Part shown: positions 11,290 to 23,200 of the stretch, one piece after another
Position numbering within the stretch: the first letter of the stretch is position 1
Layout: every line of letters begins with the position of its first letter
NCBI GenBank assembly: GCA_030704615.1
Contig: CM060731.1
Coordinates: 95,170,001 to 95,234,000 of the forward strand
DNA: 64,000 nucleotides
DNA from: Takakia lepidozioides
Lineage: Eukaryota; Plantae; Bryophyta
Direction: 5' to 3'
Translations under genes and position numbers: made by a program
Notes under the pieces: model-generated
Told to the model about the DNA's origin: nothing
Databases searched by the model: none
What the model saw: only the letters and a program-made list of their open reading frames with translations

Positions 11290-12720
11290 TAAATGAGCTT
11301 CATGATGACCATCTGTTTTTTTTTCCACTTCTTCTTGAATAACAGGCACCTGAACAAGTTTCACAATGACAGCTCATTTGTTTTCCACGTCCTCTATACA
11401 AACAAACCCTAAATAAGCATTCATGATGACCATATGATTTTTTTTTTCACTTCTTCTTCAATAATAGAAACCTGAAGAAGTTTGACAATGATTGAGCTCA
11501 AGTTTTTTTTTCACCTCTTCTTCACAAACAAACCCTAATTTATTCATGATGACATCTGATTTTTTATTCACCTCTTTTTCATCAACAGAAACCTGAACAA
11601 GATTGACAATGATAGAGCTCAATTTTTTTCACCTCTTCTTCACAAAAAAACCCTAAATAAGCATTCATGATGACCATCTGGTTTTTTCACCTCTTCTTCA
11701 ATAACAGAAACCTGAAGAAGTTTGACAATGGTAGAGCTCAAGTTTTTTTTTCATCTCTTCTTCACAAACGATCCCTAATTTATTCCCTAAATAAGCATTC
11801 ATGATGACCATCTGGTTTTTTTTTCACCTCTTCTTCAATAACAGAAACCTGAAGAAGTTTGACAATGATAGAGCTCAACTTTTTTTTTCACCTCTTCTTC
11901 ACAAACAAACCCTAAATAAGCATATGTTTTTCACCTCTTCTTCAATTACAGAAACCTTAACAAGTTTGAGAATGAGAGCTCAATTTTTTCCACCTCTTCT
12001 TCACAAACAAACCCTAAATAAACATTCATAATGACCATCTGATTTCTTTTTTCACCTCTTCTTCAATAACAAAAACCTGAACAAGTTTGACAATGATAGA
12101 GCTTAACTTTTTTTTTCACCTCTTCTTCACAAACAAACCCTATATAAGCATTCATGGTGACCATCGATTCTTTTTTCACCTCTTCTTCAATAACAGAATC
12201 CTAAACAAGTTTCACAAGGATAGCTCAATGTTTTTTTATACCTCTTCTTCACAAACACACCCTAAATAAGCAATCACAATGACCATGTGTTTTTTTTTCA
12301 CCTCATCTTCAATAACACAAACCTGAACAAGTTCCACAATAAACCGCTCATTTTGTTACACATCTTCTTCACAAACAAAGCCTAAATAAGCTTGAAAATG
12401 ACCATCTGTTTAATTTTCACCTCATCTACATTAACAAAAACCATTGCCTGTTTCACAATGAGGGGTCATATTTTGGGGCCTGTTCTTGCCCATCCTCATT
12501 ATTTTTAACCTCTCCTTCAATATTTCATCCATCATCCATCCACCATGGATGAAATACTAGAAACGTCAGATAGCTTGACAATGAGCATCCAAACTTTTCT
12601 TGCCTCTTGTTCATGCAAGAATCCCTAAATAAGATTCATGATGACTCACCCAGCCTTTTTTTTCCACCTCTTCTTCAATAAGAAAACCTCAGTAAGTTTC
12701 ACAATGACCATTCCATTCAT
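11290..12720. repeat. Tandem array of ~120-125-bp units (two ~60-bp subunits), most containing AAACCCTAA(A) or a close variant
   Basis: ttttcacctcttcttca recurs about every 60 bp. aaaccctaa or a close variant occurs at ~11404, 11530, 11648, 11907, 12010, 12135 and 12260. Confidence 0.85.
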
Positions 12721-12753
12721 TCTATACCTCTTTTTTTAAGCGCTAACTGCTTC

Positions 12754-15006
12754 CATGACAATAGGACCCTCTCTAAACAGAGGACTCGGGTATGGGGCCT
12801 GCTTCTTCCTCCACTAAACCCCTGGGCTCACGCTTAGCAAGCGTGAGCCTAGGCTCATGCTTAGAGGGCAAAGCGTGAGCCGAGCTTCTGGGCTCACACG
12901 GCTAGGCTCACGCCGTAGCTGCACTCGTCGGAAAGCATGACCACCCCATTGCCAGAGGCAATTGCAGAGTCGCTTTTCAACAAGCCCACGATATTATCAA
13001 GGAGGAGGTGAGGTTGAGGCCGGGAGCAAAACCAAAGCAGATACAGCTCGCATCCGCACATAGAATCTTATTAAAGATAGATGGATGAGGTCATCCAATG
13101 GATGAACCCATTCATGTATATGCCTTAAGATGCCACGTGTAGTGATGTCGTCATATAAACAGAGTTGTGAAACCTCATGTAGTCATGTAGTCATAAGCTT
13201 CTATGGCATGTCATCAATGTGTAGTAATGGTGTAGTCATTTTGTTCATGGACTTGCGTGGACCTGGCAGGAGGGGACCTCTGGGTATTCAGCAATTGCTC
13301 GCAAAGTGGAGGATATGGAAAGAGCACAGGGTGCACAACACAAAGATATGATGGATTTGAAGGCTACAATATCGCATGTGATGATGTACCAGAAGGCCAT
13401 GGCTGAGAAATTTGGGATCAACATTTCCTCACCTGCCTTAGTGGGCTCATCCATAGCAAACAGCTCGTGCATCGCTGGCCCTTCAGCCTCGAGACGTCTG
13501 GAGGACAGGTTTGACTTGTCTGGCATGTCACCAGGTAACGTCACTCCCGTTGATGCATTCGAGGATGATGTGCAGGTGGAGCATGTTGGCCCAGGTGGAG
13601 GGGACGACACCCCTACCAAGGAACTTACGCGTCCTCATGCAGTTCTGTCACACTGTGCGGTAGTGGAGGCGCATGCAGAACTCCAGCCTGCTGCTGTCGC
13701 GGTGGGGGCATCTGAGACAACCCTGGACATTGACCTTGTTTCCCCGCGGGCAGATATTACCCAACAACCCACGGTTGTCACTTCCACTCCCAACCTTCAA
13801 TTAATGTCGGAGAATGTCGTGCACACAATAGTGGAGAAGGGCAAGCATTTGCTCATCCTAGATATTAATGGATTGTTGTGTGAGTGCGTCCATGTCGGGA
13901 GTGGTAATGCGTTTGTGGTTCCAAATGGCCTTGAGCACAAATTATGTGGTAGCAAGATGGTCGTTGTAAGGCCTGGTTGCAAAGCTTTTTTGGACAAGTG
14001 TTTCGAACACTTTGAAGTGGCAGCATGGTCTTGTATGCAACCACGTAATTTCCTACCCACAGTGGACTGGCTTTTCCATGGGCACCGTGACCTTGCATTC
14101 AAGTGGGATGGGGGATATTGTGAGCAGTCCACTGACATGGATGGGAGCCTGCCCATGAAACCACGATTTCTGAAGAACCTATCTACAGTGTGGCGGGACA
14201 ACTGTGTCTGGAATCCTGAAACCACTCTTCTTGTTGACGACACACCGCACAAGGGGTCAAAAAATCCAGCATACAGCGCCATTTTCCCACTGCCTTGGAG
14301 AAGTCGTTCTGTAGAGGCGCACAATGATAATTTCCTTCTGACCAGCTTATGGCCCTTCTTGGAGGGGGCAGCTAAGGCTCCGAGCATTCCAGAATATCTC
14401 AAAGGGCAACCCACATTTGGGCAACAAGCTATCAGCCCTCGAGCCATTCAGCCTCGCCAGGTAACATACTTTGTAGTGTGGTACACAGTGCCAGACATTA
14501 GAGGCATTTTTGTGTGACTCCCTTGTGCCATTGCCAGCCTCATTTGTGCTTAAGTTGTGGCAGTAAAACATGTTGTGACAGAGTTTGTCAAATTACTGTC
14601 GCAGTGTCAACTGTAGGCATTGACAGTTTGGGTGCATCTTATTGTGTTAGTGTAATTTGAGTTCCCAGTGTAGATAATATACATTTTTGGTGCTTGTTGG
14701 TTGGTTGTAGGTGCTTGGCCACGAACGAGGCCCCCCAAATCAAAGGGCAGCACACCTTCACCCTTTGAGGAAGCCGACACCACTGATCCCTGATTCGCAG
14801 AATGGGGTAAGTGTATGCATCTGCTATTCTCCCCTTCCGAGCGTAGCTACGGCGTGAGCCCAACCCCGTGAGCCTGGGAGCTGAGCTCACGTTCAAGCTA
14901 CAAAGCGTGAGCTGAGCTCACGCTTCAGGGAAGCGTGAGCGGCACGAATCTGCTGGAGAAGAAGGTCCTATAGGCGAGGATTGCAGGAAGAGGGCCTATT
15001 ACCGTG
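12754..15006. mobile_element. Non-autonomous TIR element (~170-bp imperfect TIRs built of GCTCACGC/GCGTGAGC palindromes) carrying a phosphatase-like gene
   Basis: 12760-12920 aligns with the reverse complement of 14840-15000 (aatagg(a)ccctct; gctcacgctt..aagcgtgagc; ggctcacgccgtagct). No TSD identified. Confidence 0.65.
13306..14517 (+). CDS. FCP1/SCP-like (NIF family, HAD superfamily) phosphatase-domain protein
   Basis: HAD motif I-like KHLLILDINGLL, then VRPGCKAFLDKCFEHFEVAAWS, KPRFLKNL and TTLLVDDTPHKGSKNP..SAIFP, as in plant NIF-domain proteins. The N-terminal part is low-complexity. Confidence 0.8.
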   Translation: MEDMERAQGAQHKDMMDLKATISHVMMYQKAMAEKFGINISSPALVGSSIANSSCIAGPSASRRLEDRFDLSGMSPGNVTPVDAFEDDVQVEHVGPGGGDDTPTKELTRPHAVLSHCAVVEAHAELQPAAVAVGASETTLDIDLVSPRADITQQPTVVTSTPNLQLMSENVVHTIVEKGKHLLILDINGLLCECVHVGSGNAFVVPNGLEHKLCGSKMVVVRPGCKAFLDKCFEHFEVAAWSCMQPRNFLPTVDWLFHGHRDLAFKWDGGYCEQSTDMDGSLPMKPRFLKNLSTVWRDNCVWNPETTLLVDDTPHKGSKNPAYSAIFPLPWRSRSVEAHNDNFLLTSLWPFLEGAAKAPSIPEYLKGQPTFGQQAISPRAIQPRQVTYFVVWYTVPDIRGIFV

Positions 15007-15257
15007 GACAAAACAAAGGGGGCCAACACACACCATGTGTGCAATGCCTGCTCAAAAACAGAAATATGAAAACATGGCAGATTTGAGCTCAGAATGATTG
15101 TCACAGTTTATTTCAATTCACAGATAGACGCTTACAATGAATTGCATGTGCATTTGCCCTGGTTCCGTAAACAAAATCCATATGTTTGTCAGAAATGCAA
15201 AGTCTTCACACGGCAACCTGCAAACCAGCATGGGCAGCGGGCATGGCTTGTATGTGT

Positions 15258-18200
15258 TCAAAGAGAAGTTGGCGGAGCTCCACGTGAGGTGTCCCGCTGT
15301 AGAAGGGTGTTCACTTCTCCATAGCCTAGTGTGGCTTGGTGGATGAATTGGTCTCTCTTACCGCCATAAGCTTATGTAGCACTTGTTGACGTGTAGTAGT
15401 GCATACATAATCACAAGGTATATGTAATATTGATGCTTGCAGGGGACCCACTTCCCCCTCATGCCGAGAGCGCCCTCACGCATCGTTACAAAGTCCGGAC
15501 AAGTGCACGAAGGGAAATTCCCGACGGTAACCTGATATTCTTTGCCATGAAGAACTGACCCAATTGACAGCACTGTGTAAATCCGTCCATACCCCGAAGA
15601 AGGGACTTCGGTGATACGAGACACCCGAGCCTGCAAAATTCTAGCAGATTCCATCTTGCATTCGTGATCTGCACCCGAAGCGAAACGGCGCACTGTTTTT
15701 CCATCTCTTTTTGTTGGGTGGGAGTCGGCACAGGGTGGCGGCATTGCCAGAGCATGTGGCACATCTGTGCCGACAGTGCATGAGGGCACCACCCGGGACC
15801 GTGCAAGACAGAACCCTCCCTCCTCCAGCATGCTTATCTCGGTTGATGACAGCGACGTCCCAATTTGCACAGGCCAAATTGCGGGGGGAGGGGGTTTCAT
15901 TATCACCGAAGGACGAACTGTTCCCTTCACGCATCGTGCCATATCGTCTGGGCAAAACCAAAATTTGTGGTCCTTTGACTCCCCACTATGATAAGGTCGG
16001 AACAACCCTGTGAATGTTGGAGCTGGAGTCCCCCTGGAGCCTTTGCATATCTTTGATTTGCATTTCTTGAATGAGGGGGTCCGAATTGCCATGCAAGCCA
16101 CTCTAGATCCTGGTGGGGTGCGTTCTATATGCCACTCACTATCAATGCAATCGGATTCCTGCACCATGGCCACCGCCTCCTCCAATGGGATTCCCGCTGC
16201 TGTGCTTGTATGTTCTGCACGTGCTCCACTGGAGGAGGACCCACCTGGGAAGGGGCGGGCACACGACTCAGTCTGCAGTGGAGACACCTTTGGCACAGAG
16301 AAATTGACCCTGTCTGGCCGATGGGAATCTCCATCTGACCCTGGAAGAGTGTTCAATTTCCTTTTGCATGATCCAAATCTTTCCTCGCCTTCCAAATGGG
16401 GGATCCTGGATTGTAGAGCGGACCCTTCAGTGCATCTGTTTAGAGCTCTGGCCATCTTTGACGGGACTCCGGACCTACTCGCAGCCCTTAGCATCAACAA
16501 AGTCGTATCAGGGCCCTTGCCTCCACCCCGTCCCATCAGAAAATTGCGGTACCTGGTTTGTTGTGTAAGTGCACGCACCATGTCATCAGCAGTGGCCACA
16601 TACAAGTCACGACCTGCTTTGGTAGACTGCTGCATCCAGGCGTTGTGAACAGTCTCCGCCAAATTACAGGATGGCATGTCGGCCAAGTCCTCCAAGGACA
16701 TGTCTTGCAGGAGGCATTGCATGGATATGTCAGGAACGAAAACAAATGGTAGAGGTTCTTCAAGTGACAATCAAAGAACCCCAAATGAACAGGCACGATG
16801 CAAAATTTCTGTTTTTGGGATTGAAGAGGCTTAACGTCGTCATGAAAGATCCCCACTGTCTGTACCTGAAGTTCCAGAAAACCAACCAGTCCTCCAAACT
16901 CCTTTACGTGGGTACCTGTTGCAGCACCAGAGGAGAATCACCAAGCCCGGATTGCCTGGTAAGTGCTCTCAGCTTCTCCCATTGAGGTGGCATTCTTGTA
17001 CTTGAGACAGAACCTTCTGTGCTCCAACTGCAGGTCAGGGCGAATGCAGCGCTTTGTATGACGTGCCAGAGATTGAGTCCAATGGAAGAGGCATGTGCGC
17101 TCCGTATTTTCCATTGGGACCTTAGGATCCCCCGAACCAAACACGCGTCGCACTGCATTGAAATTTGCCTGTGCACTATCAGCCATGAAGCCCGCAAAAT
17201 TTGTGTTTTGTATTCCATTGCGCTGCATGACGGCCAAGAGCGAATTCCACATGAGCATTTGGGATTCAGTGTCCTCCGACTGCATATCACAAATTGCTAT
17301 GGAGAGCACACGCTGGTACGCCGGATCATACACATGGCACGCCATGGTTGTCCAACCCTTCACCCGTTTGCAGTGATCAAACATTAACCAACATTTAGCC
17401 AAATCTCCTCCTGGTTGCATACGGCGGACAATGCTCACACCACTGCCTTCGCCCACAGCGGACATCTTGAACAAATACACCTTGGACGAGCCCTGGCCAG
17501 GGAAGATACTGTTTTGAATGAATTCATAGCGACTCCTCCGTTTCAGGTCCATAATGTTGTCCATGAATCCAGCAGTGCCTGTGCCCATTCTGAGTGCATT
17601 CACCTGGTTTCGAATATTGGGAGAGCTCAACACGGAGAAATGGTCCATGACTGCATTAAGCGAATCTGCATCCAGCATAAGTTCTGTCGCATCCCCTTCA
17701 CCCAGTATGTGTTTCTCCAGGAATGCCTTGCTAGCTGCAAGCGCTATAGCAGAAGGTGTTGCACAAGGGGCATTGTGGAACTCCTGCTTCAGCAGATTTC
17801 TAGCGATGTCCACGCTATCCCTGCAACTTCCTTTGGACACAGGATGCTCGTGTGCACCCATATGAATGCAGGCACGAGTCATTGTCTTGCATCGGTGTGC
17901 CACCTGATACATACGAGCGTGGCACACAGAAACACAGGACGGGGAAAGTTTGCAGAACCTGCACACGAAAGTATTGGTCCTGGGAGGGGCAAGCCCTGGG
18001 GTGAAAGGATTCAGGGGCACACCTTCCCACTCACTTTCGTTTGGTTGAGCGCTGTTTCTCAGGCGAGGGCAAGAAATATTCTGGCACTTACAATGCCCAA
18101 CGCAGACTGACCTCCGAAATTTCAAGCCAATGTCGTTATGGATGTTCGACGTTTTTGTCCTGCACCAAGGATGTCCGTCATGTTTCTTGTCCATGCCCTG

Positions 18201-18869
18201 TAAAAGCCCAGCCAGTCCAGTGGAAGAGGTGGGAGGGTTGAGCTCAAACAGGATGTCCCCATCAAACTGTGCTGGCACGTATTGAACCCGTTGCACAGGA
18301 AGGGACTCCCAGTCAACAAAACGCAGCTCGCTCTTGCACCCAGGCACACCTGCGAGGGCTTTCAATTTTGGAATGACACTCGTTATCTCTTGCAATTCGT
18401 CATCATCCAATGACGGAGTCTGCACTGGCGGAGGAATCTCAGAAACATCCTCCGAGGACGAGTCTGAAAGAGTCACGAAGGTAGTGGATGTGCTCACCTC
18501 TTGTTTCACAGGAACTGTGCCCTTCTGTTGCACGACCGATGCTGCAGTGCCAGGGGTAACGACCGATCCTGCTGATTGTCTTCTCTCTTTTCCAAGGACA
18601 CGGTATGTGCCTGGAAGGACTCTCCACTTCCTTCCACACTTGCCAACCAATGGTTTCTCCAAGTGCCCAGAATCCAAATTCCCATCCTCGTCATACACCT
18701 CTTTTTGAACAAGGAGAGAACCCAACTCCAGCGGGAACACTGTAACCAGCTCATCCTCATGAACAACTGCAAACCCATCGTCGTCTGCAGTGGCAGTCAG
18801 TGGAAGAGTACCTGCATTGGAATGGAATCGAGCAAGTGTATCTCGCTCCCTCGACATGTTTTCCCTCAC
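15258..18869 (-). pseudogene. Mutator-like (MULE) DDE transposase with N-terminal GCM-like Zn domain and C-terminal SWIM finger; inactivated
   Basis: Catalytic-type motifs LMFDH (~17376), GFMADSAQAN (~17178), CLFH (~17090) and SCNLAETVH (~16654). SWIM motif CTCPDF...PCKH. Lesions: W-to-TGA at 16938, a frameshift near 16897, a probable intron ~16706-16835 with decayed splice sites, and a 37-bp insertion at 15365-15401. The true C-terminus DQFIHQATLGYGEVNTLLQRD...* ends at 15258. Confidence 0.85.
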
Positions 18870-19627
18870 TGAACGAAAGTTGCGGAATCCTCGAACTGAT
18901 AGCCCGCAATTACCGAAAGGGGAATTAAGACAAGCAAACCGAGGTCAACAAGGCTAGCTCCAATCCAAAGGTTGCAGGTGATGCATGCAAAGGATGTAGG
19001 GATGAGATGCACCTTCACTTCGGAAACAGCAACGCCAAGAGGCACTAACCAGAAAAACTGTTTTCAAATACTACAAGAAGCCGTGCTGTTTATGGATGAA
19101 AACAAACACTGAAAACGACATGAAACCATCCATTATGAAAAGACGGCAACAACCCTGGAGAGCAGTAAACAGGAAGACCACAAATGTCATGAGGTTGTGC
19201 TGTGCCAGAAGAGCACAGCACAAACACTGACACTGCAGAAGATACCTCGCACGAATGCGTGCCAGACATGGTCGTATCCGACAGAACCCTTTATGCCGAA
19301 TGACCCCATGGCGACGGTAACGGTAAACTGCAAACCACAGGGTAGGCAGTACAACACACGTGGATGCATATGTGAAGCATAACAATTATTGCGGATCTGC
19401 AAGAACTGCTCGAAAATGAACTAGCATTAGATTTCTACGGCACATCCGAATTTGAAAGAAAGCAAGAAGGCCGCGGTGTATTGGCAGGCGGCGCAGTACA
19501 TCTGACATATATCGCTAGTGCATGCAACGGATGTACTTTTTTTCTTGCGCTTTATTGCTTGGATAATACGGAGACGACGGAATGGATGAATTCCGTTCGC
19601 ACACAATAACAACACCCGCATCCAAAT

Positions 19628-20155
19628 ATGGTTGATAACGTCCAATTTCGATTTTGGTTACATGCCATAGCAGCACTTGTTACAAACGTCAAACTGGAGA
19701 GCTCTAGAGGCATCGTGGGGAGCCCTTGTTTCCAGCGTAGGAGGAAGAGAAGGAAGTCACTATACTTCACGAGCTCTAGAAACAGGAATAGAGCCAGAGA
19801 TAGAATGAGGATGGAAAGAGTGGACGAAGAGGAAAAGGAGGTAGAAGAGGGAGTAGAGGAAAGTGTGGCGATGGAGGAGCAGGAATCAGCAGAAGAACAG
19901 CAGCCCGCCATAGTTCCAAGGACAGATGAAGAGGACACCGCATCTGAGGGAGAGACAGACGAGATGGAAGAGGATGTTGAAGGTGGCCTCACGAGGAGTC
20001 TGCCTGCGGGAAAGAGGAAGGGGGAGAGGCTCACGTACACGCTCGGCGCAGAGAGCAGCCCGAAGCGCAAAGGGTCCCCGGCAATTGGGGAGTCTTCTGG
20101 AGCAGCCAAGAAAAAGGTGAAATTCTTAAGACCCACATTTTTGTTTCGTTGCTGA
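19628..20155 (+). CDS. Acidic, low-complexity ORF or exon with basic NLS-like clusters, divergent from the transposase
   Basis: Glu-rich run (EEEKEVEEGVEES...), KRK and KKKVK clusters, and a possible splice donor AAG|gtgaaa near 20118. Confidence 0.35.
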   Translation: MVDNVQFRFWLHAIAALVTNVKLESSRGIVGSPCFQRRRKRRKSLYFTSSRNRNRARDRMRMERVDEEEKEVEEGVEESVAMEEQESAEEQQPAIVPRTDEEDTASEGETDEMEEDVEGGLTRSLPAGKRKGERLTYTLGAESSPKRKGSPAIGESSGAAKKKVKFLRPTFLFRC

Positions 20156-20209
20156 TATGAATATAGCCCACACAGGACATCTGCACCACGCTGAAAGCAC
20201 CGCAAACTG

Positions 20210-23200
20210 GAAGCCCAAACAGTGTGCGGCAACGCACACTGTTTGGGCCTACCAATTTGCTTGATTGTTCAGGTGCGAAACGCCCAAACTTGGGCACTAC
20301 AGCAGGTTCAACACAACCCAAATTGCAACCTCAAACAATGTGACATGAGCTGAACATTTCACTGCTGTTTCCGTCTGGATATCGGTTTTCCAGGATATGT
20401 ATGTCAGGACGACAGAACCCTTCAGTGGCAGCTCAAACAGTGTGCGTTGGCGCACACTGTTTGAGCTCTACATGTCACGGTTTTCTCCGTGTCGAATTCG
20501 GCCTTTAGGGCACGTTTCTGATGATGAAATAACCATTCAGTGGCAGCTCAAACAGTGTGCGTTGGCGCACACTGTTTGAGCTGAACATGTAAGTGTTTTT
20601 TCCGATTGAAATTCGGACTTCCAGGGCAGGTTTATGATGATGAAATAACCATTCAGTGGCAGCTCAAACAGTGTGCGTTGGCGCACACTGTTTCAGCTGA
20701 ACATGTCACTGTTTTTTTGGTGTTAAAATTCGGCATTTAGGGCATGTTTCTGAGGATGAAATAACCATTCAGTGGCAGCTCAAACAGTGTGCGTTGGCGC
20801 ACACTGTTTGAGCTGTACATGTCACTGTTTTTTTGGTGTTAAATTCGGACTTCCAGGGAGGTTTATGATGATGAAATAACCATTCAGTGGCAGCTCAAAC
20901 AGTGTGCGTTGGCGCACACTGTTTGAGCTGTACATGTCACTGTTTTTTCGTGTTAAATTCGGACTTCCAGGGCAGGTTTATGATGATGAAATAACCATTC
21001 AGTGGCAGCTCAAACAGTGTGCGTTGGCGCACACTTTTGAGCTGAACATGTAAGTGTTTTTTTCCGATTGAAATTCGGACTTCCAGGGCAGGTTTATGAT
21101 GATGAAATAACCATTCAGTGGCAGCTCAAACAGTGTGCGTTGGCGCACACTGTTTGAGCTGAACATGTAAGTGTTTTTTTGGTGTTAAATTCGGCATTTA
21201 GGGCACGTTTCTGAGGATGAAATAACCATTCAGTGGCAGCTCAAACAGTGTGCGTTGGCGCACACTGTTTGAGCTGTACATGTCACTGTTTTTTTGGTGT
21301 TAAATTCGGACTTCCAGGGCAGGTTTATGATGATGAAATAACCATTCAGTGGCAGCTCAAACAGTGTGCGTTGGCGCACACTGTTTGAGCTGAACATGTC
21401 ACTTTTTTTTTGGTGTTAAAATTGGCATTTAGGGCACGTTTTTGAGGATGAAATAACCATTCAGTGGCAGCTCAAACAGTGTGCGTTGGCGCACACTGTT
21501 TGAGCTGTACATGTAAGTGTTTTTTGGTGTTAAATTCGGCTTTTAGGGCACGTTTTTGAGGATGAAATAACCATTCAGTGGCAGCTCAAACAGTGTGCGT
21601 TGGCGCACACTGTTTGATGAACATGTACGTGTTTTTTCCGATTGAAATTTGGCATTTAGGGCACGTTTCTGAGTATGAAATAACCATTCAGTGGCAGCTC
21701 AAACAGTGTGCGTTGGCGCACACTGTTTGAGCTGAACATGTAAGTGTTTTTTAGAGTTCAAATTCGGCATTTAGGGCACGTTTCTGAAAAATAACCATTC
21801 AGTGGCAGCTCAAACAGTGTGCGTTGGCGCACACTGTTTGAGCTGTACATGTCACTGTTTTTTGGTGTTAAATTCGGACTTCCAGGGCAGGTTTATGATG
21901 ATGAAATAACCATTCAGTGGCAGCTCAAACAGTGTGCGTTGGCGCACACTGTTTGAGCTGAACATGTAATTGTTTTTTTGGTGTTTAAATTCGGCATTTA
22001 GGGCACGTTTCTGAGAATAAATAACCATTCAGTGGCAGCTCAAACAGTGTGCGTTGGCGCACACTGTTTGAGCTGAACATGTAAGTGTTTTTTTGGTGTT
22101 AAATTCGGCATTTAGGGCACGTTTCTGAGGATGAAATAACCATTCAGTGGCAGCTCAAACAGTGTGCGTTTGCGCACACTGTTTGAGCTGTACATGTCAC
22201 TGTTTTTTTGGTGTTAAATTCAGACTTCCAGGGCAGGTTTATGATGATGAAATAACCATTCAGTGGCAGCTCCAACAGTGTGCGTTGGCGCACAAAGTTT
22301 GCGCTGTACATGTCACTTTTTTTTTGGTGTTAAATTCGGACTTCCAGGGCAGGTTTATGATGATGAAATAACCATTCAGTGGCAGCTCAAACAGTGTGCG
22401 TCGACGCACACTGTTTGAGCTGAACATGTAAGTGTTTTTTTCCGATTGAAATTTGGCATATAGGGCTCGTTTTTTAGTATGAAATAATCATTCAGTGGAA
22501 GCTCAAACAGTGTGCGTTGGCGCACACTGTTTGAGCTGAACTTGTAAGTGTTTTTTAGAGGTAAAATTCGGCATTTAGGGCACGTTTCTGAGAAAAAATA
22601 ACCATTCAGTGGCAGCTCAAACAGTGTGCGTTGGCGCACACTGTTTGAGCTCTACATGTCACTGTTTTTTTGGTGTTAAATTCGGACTTCCAGGGCAGGT
22701 TTATGATGCTGAAATAACCATTCAGTGGCAGCTCAAACACTGTGCGTTGGCGCACAAAGTTTGCGCTGTACATGTCACTGTTTTTTTGGTGTTAAATTCG
22801 GATTTCCAGGGCAGGTTTATGATGATGAAATAACCATTCAGTGGCAGCTTAAACAGTGTGCGTCGGCGCACACTGTTTGAGTTGAACATGTAAGTGTTTT
22901 TTCCGATTGAAATTTGGCATTTAGGGCACGTTTTTTAGTATGAAATAATCATTCAGTGGCTACTCAAACAGTGTCCGTTGGCGCACACTGTTTTAGCTGA
23001 ACTTGTAAGTGTTTTTTAGAGGTAAAATTCGGCATATAGGGCACGTTTCTGAGAAAAAATAACCATTCAGTGGCAGCTCAAACAGTGTGCGTTGGCGCAC
23101 ACTATTTGAGCTGTACATGTCATTGTTTTTTTGGTGTTAAATTCGGACTTCCAGTCAAGTTTATGATGCTGAAATAACCATTCAGTGGTAGCTCAAACAG

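Noticed and set aside
11290-12720. Telomere or interstitial telomeric array
   Set aside because: Only single CCCTAAA motifs occur per ~120-bp unit, never tandem runs.
13797-18708. Long antisense/overlapping ORFs (13797-14447, 16010-16648, 17415-18110 and others)
   Set aside because: Shadow frames opposite the motif-bearing phosphatase and transposase genes, with no independent motifs.
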